Shown: piece by piece, positions 55,694-64,000 of the stretch
Layout: every line of letters begins with the position of its first letter
Numbering within the stretch: position 1 is the first letter of the stretch
Virus record (IMG/VR): IMGVR_UViG_3300032220_001634
Reading direction: 5' to 3' (one strand)
Source: an uncultured virus (IMG/VR IMGVR_UViG_3300032220_001634)
Taxonomy: Duplodnaviria > Heunggongvirae > Uroviricota > Caudoviricetes
Length of the DNA stretch: 64,000 nt
Translations under genes and position numbers: made by a program
Notes under the pieces: generated by a model
What the model saw: the letters and a program-made list of their open reading frames with translations, nothing else
Told to the model about the DNA's origin: nothing
Database searches by the model: none

Positions 55694-56179
55694 ATGGATA
55701 GAATATTAAACCTCAGTGCATTCGGAGACGTTATAGAAAAACCTAAGGGTATAGCAGCGGGACCAGTCCCAGCTCCTGTTAAGAAAGAGACCTCTCATTA
55801 TAATAAGGTCTTTTCTAAGATTCTTCAAAACATGGCTCAAACAAAACTTCTACACTGGCAAAGTGCTATGTATGGACAGCATAAGGCATTAGATGGTCTT
55901 TTCGAGGGAATTATAGAACTTGGAGATAAACTAGCAGAAACTGTGATGGGCAAATACGGTAGACCGGTTTTAAGTGACGATGAGCTATGTTTAAAAATGA
56001 AAAACTTCGAGAATGCAGAAAGGGGAGACCTATCTGAATTTATGACACATTTGTATCAATGCTACTCTGTAGACTGCAGAACAATTTTTGAGAAGAATGA
56101 GGATTCGGAAATTATAAATATCCTAGATGAAATACTCTCACTGGTAGATCAAACTAAATATCTTCTTTCTTTAAGATAA
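55694..56179 (+). CDS. Ferritin/Dps-like protein (DUF5856-like)
   Basis: KLLHWQ...QHKALD..FE....D..AE..MG.YGR...NILDE....KYLL. Confidence 0.7.
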   Translation: MDRILNLSAFGDVIEKPKGIAAGPVPAPVKKETSHYNKVFSKILQNMAQTKLLHWQSAMYGQHKALDGLFEGIIELGDKLAETVMGKYGRPVLSDDELCLKMKNFENAERGDLSEFMTHLYQCYSVDCRTIFEKNEDSEIINILDEILSLVDQTKYLLSLR

Positions 56180-56185
56180 AAATAT

Positions 56186-56212
56186 AAACCCTTCAAATAT
56201 GAAGGGTTTTTT
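56186..56212. terminator. Bidirectional terminator between convergent genes
   Basis: AAACCCTTCA/TGAAGGGTTT. Confidence 0.65.
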
Positions 56213-56882
56213 ATTGCCCCTGTGTGAAAACGGTGCAGTTTACAACAAAAAATTCATATTTCCATTCTTTAGATACTGGGTCATAGGACTCCGAGATCAA
56301 ACCCATTGTTGCAGTTCCGTACTTTCCATACCCATGACTGAGTATAATTGAATTATGAGATGAAGACCCCTTATATCCATCTATAATATAGTTTCTCCCG
56401 TGTGCTCTTTCCATCTTATCCATTGCTATTTGGGATATCTTTTCGTCGCTTAGCTCGTTCTGTGAGATTTTGGTTGTCATTGATTCCTGGAGTATTTCTG
56501 CTTTTATCTCTATGTTTTTAACGCTCCCTAGAGATTCAGGGTAAATAGTTCCTGGAGACTCCTTAAAGAATTCAGGCAATCCAAAGTATCTAGAATGTGC
56601 AATTTCACTGTGAGGTATCTTATAATAGAGATCCAGCATATCAGTCTCTCTTGACCCAAACTTCATAAGCCCGAGATAATACAGGGCTCTTCGTCTAGCC
56701 ATGCTATCCAGATCCCCGTGATTTCTGAGGGTGTGCGAAACCGTCAGGGTATATGCTTTTAACGAGCTATCGAATCTGGATGAGACACCCTTTAAGTTAA
56801 CAATCCCGTAACTTTTAGGGGATTGGCCCTTTACAAAAAAAGAGGCCAATAAAAGTACTAAGGTTATTATTTTGATCTTCAT
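56211..56882 (-). CDS. Secreted hypothetical protein
   Basis: Signal peptide from MKIKII (56882); TATATTTGC box upstream. Confidence 0.55.
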   Translation of the reverse strand: MKIKIITLVLLLASFFVKGQSPKSYGIVNLKGVSSRFDSSLKAYTLTVSHTLRNHGDLDSMARRRALYYLGLMKFGSRETDMLDLYYKIPHSEIAHSRYFGLPEFFKESPGTIYPESLGSVKNIEIKAEILQESMTTKISQNELSDEKISQIAMDKMERAHGRNYIIDGYKGSSSHNSIILSHGYGKYGTATMGLISESYDPVSKEWKYEFFVVNCTVFTQGQ

Positions 56883-56999
56883 GGTGCAAATATATACTAA
56901 TATCTCAGACAAACCCCGATTTTTTATCGGTTTTTTTTAGTCCGGTTTAAAAAATTAATAATTTGAAAGGATATATAGACTATAAAAAAAATTAAAAAC

Positions 57000-58493
57000 A
57001 TGACTAATAAAATGCTATCGTTCGTAGAATTCGAACAAATGTACGAGTCTTACGGATTTGTTTTCGAGGCAGACGCTGCAGTCCCTCCGGTGACAATCCC
57101 TGCAGACCAAGCGGTTACCACGAGTGGTGATGCCATGACAGGAGCGGATATTTTCGGTATCTTTAAGGATCTTGAAGCTTCTGACGATGCTACTTCTAAA
57201 GTTTCTGAAGCAGTTGTTAAGGGTAAAAAAGCTAGTGTGGTTTCAGTTAACCCATTTAAGTTAATTAAACCAGGGGAAGAAAGTGATAGAGTTAAGATCC
57301 TTCAAAAATCTATCGGTACAGAAGAAACTGGGATTTATGATAAAGAAACGGTAAAAGCGGTAAAAGCTTTCCAGAAGGAAAATAAACTACGCATAGATGG
57401 AATAGTAGGTCCTCAAACTTACACTAAGATCCTAGAAATCAAAGATAAACTTACTCAGGATGAAATCGCAAAGAGAATGGAAGAATTCAAAAAGCTTTCA
57501 ATCAATCTGATTAACGATCCTAGATTTTATCTAATATTTGAATCAATCACAACGGTTAACGTAAAGGGAGTTGTCTATATTATCTGCATACCAAAAGCTG
57601 ATGCTAAAGAGAAAGTTGAATCTCTTAAGAAAGAGGGAGCGATCACTTCAGGATTTGAATGGTTAGAAAAAGCAGTAGACGCAATAGGTAAAGCTATCGT
57701 TTATACAGCAGTAGGTGGCGTTCTAGTTACTTTGGCTCTCGCAAAAGCAATTATCTCTGGCGCTATCAGTGTAGTTAAATACGTGGCAGCAGGAGCTTTA
57801 TACTGTGCTGCTAGTTTAGTTCATGGATTAGGTCAGGTTGCTTCTTGGGTTAATAAAGGAATTAAATCTGGTGCCGAAACAGTTTACAATACGCTTAAAT
57901 CAAGCGGCGAAGAATTATGGAAAGGTTTTGTTACCGTTACCAGTGTAATTATAAAAAGTGCTGAAAATGCAGGAGAAGCAATATCTTCATTCTTCTCTGG
58001 CGTTGGTTCATACCTTAAATCTGTTGCTAAATCAGGGGTTAAAGTTATCGAGGCAATAGGAAATATGGCAGTACAAATTTTAAGTCCAGTTGCAAAAGCG
58101 ATAGGAATAACTATCTCAGCAGGTGCAACTATCTTGAAAGCTGCAGGTGATGCAGTAGCATGGGTGGCTAAGAAAACCTCACAAGCAGCAACAGCAATTG
58201 CTAAAACAATAGGTGGCGCTATCTCTTCAGGAGCTCAGGCAATCTGGACCGGTACAAAGGCAGTTGCAAATGCAGCATGGCAGGGTGTTAAAGGTGTAGC
58301 CTCTGGTGTTAAAACAGTAGTTGGAGCGGCAGTAAAAGCAGGCGGAGATCTAATAGCCGGAATAGGAAATGCTATGTCAGATTTCGGAAGTTGGTTACTT
58401 AAAGAGTCTTTCTCTGGAACAGGTGAATATCTTTTAGAAAGTCTTACTTTTGAATCTATCGTTCTAGACTATTCAGGTTTAGATTTCGAATAA
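57000..58493 (+). CDS. Peptidoglycan-binding-domain protein with Ala/Gly/Val-rich helical repeats (probable virion protein)
   Basis: AVKAFQKENKLRIDGIVGPQT; tape-measure-like amphipathic repeats. Confidence 0.7.
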   Translation: MTNKMLSFVEFEQMYESYGFVFEADAAVPPVTIPADQAVTTSGDAMTGADIFGIFKDLEASDDATSKVSEAVVKGKKASVVSVNPFKLIKPGEESDRVKILQKSIGTEETGIYDKETVKAVKAFQKENKLRIDGIVGPQTYTKILEIKDKLTQDEIAKRMEEFKKLSINLINDPRFYLIFESITTVNVKGVVYIICIPKADAKEKVESLKKEGAITSGFEWLEKAVDAIGKAIVYTAVGGVLVTLALAKAIISGAISVVKYVAAGALYCAASLVHGLGQVASWVNKGIKSGAETVYNTLKSSGEELWKGFVTVTSVIIKSAENAGEAISSFFSGVGSYLKSVAKSGVKVIEAIGNMAVQILSPVAKAIGITISAGATILKAAGDAVAWVAKKTSQAATAIAKTIGGAISSGAQAIWTGTKAVANAAWQGVKGVASGVKTVVGAAVKAGGDLIAGIGNAMSDFGSWLLKESFSGTGEYLLESLTFESIVLDYSGLDFE

Positions 58494-58515
58494 GAATAAT
58501 AACTATAATAAAAAG

Positions 58516-58546
58516 AAAAGAGCCTAAGAAATTAGGCTCTTTTTTA
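58516..58546. terminator. Bidirectional terminator
   Basis: AAAAGAGCCTAA/TTAGGCTCTTTT. Confidence 0.7.
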
Positions 58547-58563
58547 TTTGTGTGAGATTTTTT

Positions 58564-59130
58564 TTATTGTGCTATTCTAGTTGAAATCCATTTAGGAAGG
58601 TATTTCTCTAAGTTAGCTGTTTTTAAAGAAAGATACCCCAAAATAACTCCTAAAAGATGAATCACATGAGCTGTCTTGTCTTCTGCTGTGTTTCCAACAT
58701 TTACCAATTCAATTAAAGCGAGAAATAGGATGATGCCCTTACCAACTAATGGCTTCTTTTGCCAAGAGAAGAAGTATCTAGACATAAGGAAATAACATGT
58801 TCCTGATATTCCTATGGCTGGCTCTGTGATGCCTAATATTGAAACAGGGAGATATAAAACGGAAAGAAAAAATGTTACCCAGAAGATCTTTACTATATTG
58901 TAGGTTTGGTTTATAGTTGAAAGTAATGCCAAAAACAATAGTATCATGTTAAGACTGAAGTGTACAAATCCTGCATGTAAAAATCCGCTGATAATAGGAT
59001 CTAGCATTAGGATGTGAGATGAGTTCTCTCCGAAAATTGCTATCTGTATCCCAAGTACTACAAATGAAGACAGACAAAGAAGAATTACTAAACCTGTGGT
59101 TTTTGCTGAGAATTTTAAATTGTTATTCAT
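58564..59130 (-). CDS. Rhomboid-family intramembrane serine protease
   Basis: FLHAGFVHFSLN, IGISG, AHVIHLLG, multiple TM helices. Confidence 0.8.
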   Translation of the reverse strand: MNNNLKFSAKTTGLVILLCLSSFVVLGIQIAIFGENSSHILMLDPIISGFLHAGFVHFSLNMILLFLALLSTINQTYNIVKIFWVTFFLSVLYLPVSILGITEPAIGISGTCYFLMSRYFFSWQKKPLVGKGIILFLALIELVNVGNTAEDKTAHVIHLLGVILGYLSLKTANLEKYLPKWISTRIAQ

Positions 59131-59151
59131 TTCGATTTTTTTTGTTACAGT

Positions 59152-59184
59152 GTAAAGGTATGATATAAAATCGAAATAAAAAAA
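59152..59184 (-). promoter_or_regulatory. Putative early promoter (repeat copy)
   Basis: TTTTTTTA-N3-CG-N11-TACCTTTAC. Confidence 0.65.
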
Positions 59185-59189
59185 TATTT

Positions 59190-60032
59190 TTAGAGATTTT
59201 TTATTCTTTCTAAAAATTTACTGAAAGATTCCACTCTAGAGACTGATTCGTTTGCGGGGGCTTCTGAACTTAGCTTTTCTGACTCCTTTTTCTCCCAGCG
59301 GAATAAAGGCATATTCCATGTTTGCTCAAAAACTTCTGGTGCATTTTTGTAAGAGTTTGGAGACTCGTCCATCATATCCCTTGTGTATTGCCACCCCATA
59401 AATAGAGGCTCTGATACTTTAAACCCAAAAAATTCTAGTACGCTTCTTTGAAGTTCTAGGCTTTCCTTAACCCTCCAATTTTGTCCTATTAGAACTAAGC
59501 CTGCTTGAATGTCTTTTATAGAATTATCCTCACCTAGTGTGGTGTGCATATTCTCCATCCAATCAAGTCTCTCTATAATTTTCTGATAAATTGCATTTAC
59601 ACTTCCCCATCTTTGAGACCCGAAAAATATAACGGCCTGACTTTCGTAGATAGATTTGGATATTTTCCAAAGCTCGTCATCCTCGTAATCATGGGAAGCC
59701 CAGCATCTCAAAAGTCCGTTTGGGTTCTTTTCTTTATCCTTGAGGTTAGCTTCTTTAGCTCCGCAATGATTTCCGTGCATTTCGCTAACGCATCCTAAGC
59801 AATTGTGAATATTGAGTTTGGCACCATCTAACAACTCCACTTCAACACCTCTTCTTTCTAGTGCTTCTGCCAGATGCTTTGCCAACTGAGAAGATTTTGG
59901 GGTCTCTCCCTGTTTTTCTATATACTCACTTCTAGAGGATGTCGTTACGAAAGTAACCTTTTTATGCGAAGAAAGAGTCTCAAGAAATGACTCTACATTC
60001 TCAATCTCCATTCCGTATTTAACGTCTATCAT
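59190..60032 (-). CDS. Flavodoxin-like/NADPH-dependent FMN reductase family protein with Cys cluster
   Basis: TTSSR...PKSSQLA, IHNCLGCVS, RCWAS, IERL; likely start 60032. Confidence 0.75.
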   Translation of the reverse strand: MIDVKYGMEIENVESFLETLSSHKKVTFVTTSSRSEYIEKQGETPKSSQLAKHLAEALERRGVEVELLDGAKLNIHNCLGCVSEMHGNHCGAKEANLKDKEKNPNGLLRCWASHDYEDDELWKISKSIYESQAVIFFGSQRWGSVNAIYQKIIERLDWMENMHTTLGEDNSIKDIQAGLVLIGQNWRVKESLELQRSVLEFFGFKVSEPLFMGWQYTRDMMDESPNSYKNAPEVFEQTWNMPLFRWEKKESEKLSSEAPANESVSRVESFSKFLERIKNL

Positions 60033-60122
60033 TGGATAAAAATAATTTCCCACTATATATCTTAAAAAATAAGCTTTATTGACACCCTCCAAAATATATA
60101 CACTAAAAAACCAAGCACTCCG

Positions 60123-60296
60123 ATGAAAAAGCAAGCTCCTAAAACCAAATTGGGATCAAAAACAAAGCTATCAGAAAAGATCAAGTTAATGCTAAAGAAG
60201 AAAAATACTAGGGCTAAAAAACAAGAACCTATCTTCGAAAGGCCTGATATTCTAGATGATTGGTGTGAATGGCATCCCGACGTTCCTGTTGGTTAA
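60123..60296 (+). CDS. Small Lys-rich hypothetical protein (57 aa, below the ORF-track cutoff)
   Basis: MKKQAPKTKL...HPDVPVG, preceded by AATATATA at 60093. Confidence 0.45.
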   Translation: MKKQAPKTKLGSKTKLSEKIKLMLKKKNTRAKKQEPIFERPDILDDWCEWHPDVPVG

Positions 60297-60772
60297 ACAC
60301 CGAAGGAAACCATTTCTTCTGATCTCTGATATATCCTTTTTAACCTTTTATTTTTTCTAAGGTAGGATCCCCAATTATCATCAGATACCTCTGACAGAAG
60401 AACTGTCCACATATCCTCGGATTTATTAGCTTCTATTTCATATGGGTTCTTATCGTATTCGTACATTTTCTGGTATCTATAATACCAAGGAGAATATTGA
60501 AGATAATGGGTATATTCATGTAGGAGAGTTTTAGTCATCTCCTTGAAATCTGAGTGTGGCTTTAACCAGATCCTTATTTCATTCTCTTCGTTCCCGTATT
60601 CACCTATAACTCTTCCGTTTACATCCGGTAGTAAAACAAGTTTTGGTAGGTCCTTCTTGTATTTGGACTTACCTCTATGGAAAGCTGTTAAGCTCCAAAT
60701 TCTTAAAACCTTGTCCTTGTTTACTCTTTCCAAGGGTGTGGGGATGTTTTTTGGGATTTGGACTAAGTCCAT
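60293..60772 (-). CDS. Zincin-like metallopeptidase
   Basis: LLHEYTHYLQ and NPYEIEA. Confidence 0.75.
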   Translation of the reverse strand: MDLVQIPKNIPTPLERVNKDKVLRIWSLTAFHRGKSKYKKDLPKLVLLPDVNGRVIGEYGNEENEIRIWLKPHSDFKEMTKTLLHEYTHYLQYSPWYYRYQKMYEYDKNPYEIEANKSEDMWTVLLSEVSDDNWGSYLRKNKRLKRIYQRSEEMVSFGV

Positions 60773-60798
60773 CCTATATATCCAGCAGGCCCCCGTTT

Positions 60799-62568
60799 CT
60801 AGTGAAAAACTATGTAATTCCTAACTTCATCTTTTGATTGGGTGTACAACAACTCTTCATTCTCAAAGACCTCTATAAAGGAGAAGTTTTCTGGAACCTT
60901 TATGTTTGACCAGCAGCCCTTTCCCTCCAATTTATGGTTAAACGCAAGCTTGTCTCCGTTATCTAAATGTAGTATTATTATTCGGTCAACCTTCCGGTCT
61001 GAGTAGTTCTCAGAGTGTAAAAGAACCCCCGTCTTGTTTTCATTGCTATATTCACCTCTATATTCATAGTAGATTTCGCTAACGCATCCTCTATAACACT
61101 CCTTCATATTACTGCTAGAGGTAACTGTATTCCAGATCGTGTCCTTAAAATCTTCTTTAATATACTCACCTTCCTTTAGTATTATCTCTTGGTTTAAATC
61201 CTCTAGAAGAATTGACTCGCATAAGAAATTTTCTACTATTCTAAAATCAAGGCCCCCGCTGATGTCAATTAGGAATTTTTGATAGTCCTCCTCTGATTGT
61301 ATGTCGGGTATAACTTTAAGGAAATAGTCTATCTCGCAGTAGAAGTAGTGGAATGAAACGTCTCTAGGATTATTAAAGGGATTGAAATAGAAAAGACCTC
61401 TTTTACCTAATGTCTCTACATAATCGGGGACTTTAGATATCCAATCCATTGACTCCTCTCCAAAAAGATCATCAGTCTCGAATCTCTGAAAATGGGTGTA
61501 TCCAAGTCTTTTACAGTAATGTAAAGCATTGAACAGATTTATTAAAACAGATAGGCCGTGTCTCTGAACTCCCGACTTTACAGTGTATACTGTGAATTGA
61601 CCCTTTGATACCCGAAATCTAACTTCGGGAACATTTGTATATTCGCCTTTAAAGAGCTGATTTCTTCTATCGTAGAAATAACAATCAGAAAGCTTTAAAG
61701 TTTCTGGACTGACCGGGGTATTTGAGATCAGAAAAACATCATGCTCTCTTCTCTTGAGTCGTTCCAAGCAGGAATGAAGGTTTCTTTGAACAATGCTGTC
61801 ATGTACGAAACAGTCTACGATAGAGATTACTTTCCTTCGGGTTTCCCTATGCTCTTTATATCTTTTTTTAATAATTTCAGAAACCCTAATTCTTTCACGT
61901 TCCTTCTCTTCTTCGGGAACTTTAGAGAATACACCAGAATCTGATATGCGATAGCATCCACTAGGCCATTCTTCACATCTGATTTTTCCGAAAAAAGAAA
62001 GCTCGATATTAGTTACCCAGTCAAGATAAGGTATGTCAGAATATTCAGGTTTTAAAAGTCCAGGAAAGTTTCTAAAAACCCTACCAAATCCTACCATGTT
62101 TCTTTCAAGCATGTCCTCAGTATTTAGATTTAGAATTGTTGGGAATAACCATCTCCCACCAGTGTCACACGGAGGGATTAATTCATTTTCTTCGTTGACA
62201 TACCTATACCCGGTACTGTGCATAACGTAGTCCGGATTATTCTCCAGGAAATCTACCTGCTTCTGTAGTTTGTTTTCGTCTGTGAAATAATCATCTCCGT
62301 CTATGAAAGAAATATATTTTCCTGAGGCATTTTCCAGCAATATTCTGAAGTTATGATAAACCCCCACATTTTCGGTACTTTCCAGTATTCTGACTCTTTT
62401 ATCCGAATTAAATTTAGATTTTAGTATTTCATTGGTTCTGTCCATAGAGAAATCATCCCTTATTAAAACCTCAAAATCAAAATTAGTCTTCTGAGATAGA
62501 ATAGAGTTTATACATTGTTCTATGTACTTCTCAAACTTATATGATGTTACAATTACACTTAATAGCAT
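60799..62568 (-). CDS. GT2 glycosyltransferase with C-terminal extension
   Basis: SVIVTSY, DDFSMDRT, IDGDDYF..KLQKQ. Confidence 0.85.
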   Translation of the reverse strand: MLLSVIVTSYKFEKYIEQCINSILSQKTNFDFEVLIRDDFSMDRTNEILKSKFNSDKRVRILESTENVGVYHNFRILLENASGKYISFIDGDDYFTDENKLQKQVDFLENNPDYVMHSTGYRYVNEENELIPPCDTGGRWLFPTILNLNTEDMLERNMVGFGRVFRNFPGLLKPEYSDIPYLDWVTNIELSFFGKIRCEEWPSGCYRISDSGVFSKVPEEEKERERIRVSEIIKKRYKEHRETRRKVISIVDCFVHDSIVQRNLHSCLERLKRREHDVFLISNTPVSPETLKLSDCYFYDRRNQLFKGEYTNVPEVRFRVSKGQFTVYTVKSGVQRHGLSVLINLFNALHYCKRLGYTHFQRFETDDLFGEESMDWISKVPDYVETLGKRGLFYFNPFNNPRDVSFHYFYCEIDYFLKVIPDIQSEEDYQKFLIDISGGLDFRIVENFLCESILLEDLNQEIILKEGEYIKEDFKDTIWNTVTSSSNMKECYRGCVSEIYYEYRGEYSNENKTGVLLHSENYSDRKVDRIIILHLDNGDKLAFNHKLEGKGCWSNIKVPENFSFIEVFENEELLYTQSKDEVRNYIVFH

Positions 62569-63873
62569 TTACAGTGATTTATAGATATTAGGATCAAAAT
62601 AATGTTCATAGTAATTATTGACCTGTTCTGAGTAGTAGCTTATCCATCTATGTGGTGACATTCCTAACCATAATTCAGCTACTGTTCTATTATCCGGTTT
62701 CTCTAGATGCAGCTTAATTAACGAGGGTAAAGTATTTATGTGTTTTGAACTCGACCACCAAAAATTACCTGAGAAATAGTTGTCGAATTGGTAATGCAGG
62801 AACCTAAACCATTCCACGTAAAGAGCTCCGCAGACCGTGCTCCTATCGTTAATTAAATCGTGGAGACAAACTTTCCATTTTTCTATTACGAAATATTCCA
62901 TACACTCTCTCCACGAATTAATATAATAATCGCTTTCTCTAGACGATCCCTTTGTGTGAAAATATAAAACTGATCCTTTTGGGTTGAGTACACAATAATT
63001 TTGTAGGTTGATTAGAGTATCGAATTCAGCGTTATTTGTGCTGTATTTTACGATCTCTATTTTTAAATCTGGATCCCTTTTTTTAATCATAGAGAAGAAG
63101 ATATCATAGTTGCTTTCTATCGTTGAATAAACGCCGTAGAATATTTTATCTGCTCTTTTATATAATCCCGAGGTGGCCATTTTTTCGATTTGTGAATCTA
63201 CTATAGAATGCCAATTTTTATCAAGATAGTTATGCACAAATACTGAAACCTTATGATTCTCTATTAGTCCTATTCCACCCCAAACACCATAATCCTGATC
63301 TTTCAGTATCTGATGGAATTGGTTATCTCTTCTGTAATTATCTTCTCTCTCTTTTGCTATAAATTCATATTTGTTTTTATATTGGGGTAAAAGCTCTTTC
63401 CATAGCTTGCTTACGAAAATATCATACTCCTCCGTTTCTTTACTTTCTACTATATCATGGAAAGCCATGTATCCATCGTCGGCTAAAAACTGCTTATACT
63501 TTTCATAATCATTTTTTACCCCCTCATATGAATGATCCCCGTCTATAAAGATGAAATCAAATTTGATCCCCAGGTTCTTAATAAAATTTACAGTGTCGTT
63601 GGATCGTGAATCAGATATAATGTAATTATAACTAGGAAATATTTCCTTTATCCTGTCGAAATTCGGATCGTGTTTTATGTCAATTGTCAGTACATTATCA
63701 TAAAGATGACAAAGACCGAATGCTGTACCCCCGTAATTAGATCCGATCTCTAGAGCGTATTTTTTATTCTTTGAATTATTAAGTAAATCTAAGAGAAGTT
63801 TAAATTCCTCTGGCTTTTGCTCGATGTTAAAGTCTAAGCAATTTTCCCATATTTGATTAAAATTATATTCCAT
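62569..63873 (-). CDS. Methyltransferase fused to a glycosyltransferase-like domain
   Basis: EIGSNYGG, FIDGDHSYEGV, FHDI; C-terminal YFHTKG, SGNFWW. Confidence 0.8.
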   Translation of the reverse strand: MEYNFNQIWENCLDFNIEQKPEEFKLLLDLLNNSKNKKYALEIGSNYGGTAFGLCHLYDNVLTIDIKHDPNFDRIKEIFPSYNYIISDSRSNDTVNFIKNLGIKFDFIFIDGDHSYEGVKNDYEKYKQFLADDGYMAFHDIVESKETEEYDIFVSKLWKELLPQYKNKYEFIAKEREDNYRRDNQFHQILKDQDYGVWGGIGLIENHKVSVFVHNYLDKNWHSIVDSQIEKMATSGLYKRADKIFYGVYSTIESNYDIFFSMIKKRDPDLKIEIVKYSTNNAEFDTLINLQNYCVLNPKGSVLYFHTKGSSRESDYYINSWRECMEYFVIEKWKVCLHDLINDRSTVCGALYVEWFRFLHYQFDNYFSGNFWWSSSKHINTLPSLIKLHLEKPDNRTVAELWLGMSPHRWISYYSEQVNNYYEHYFDPNIYKSL

Positions 63874-64000
63874 TTAGTGTGAATTGTTTAATGTGTAAGA
63901 ACTGGTAGATGGTTCAAAGCCTAAATTTATTACATGAAATCTCTTATGACATAGCGACTTATATTTTTTGGACCATCTAATGGCAAAATCTAATTCCTCC

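Overview
Segment of a large, AT-rich T4-like ('jumbo/huge') phage genome, almost all on the minus strand. The host is probably Bacteroidota, judging by TAnnTTTG-type promoters, a T9SS C-terminal domain protein, a SprB-repeat protein and bS21. Left to right it carries: Gly-Ser-Ser collagen-like fibre genes; a gp15-like tail gene; the gp46/gp47/gp41/UvsX recombination-replication block; an ~15 kb glycan-building island (Gmd, Fcl, HldD, GT2/6/7/10/11/47/77, methyltransferases, AsnB); bS21 and a ClpC-like ATPase; a secreted/outer-membrane module (cohesin-dockerin-T9SS, CsgG-like, lectin, beta-barrels); and an ~9 kb region with 26 canonical tRNAs, 4 non-canonical tRNA-like RNAs, 2 structured ncRNA candidates, glutamine synthetase and a GIY-YIG homing endonuclease. 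The most striking observation is absent from the ORF track. Two tRNA operons are each preceded by a short leader peptide, an antiterminator and an intrinsic terminator. The codons of each leader match the tRNAs encoded downstream, which suggests ribosome-mediated attenuation that switches on phage tRNAs when the matching host tRNAs are depleted. All calls are by-eye motif recognition; no searches or folding programs were run.
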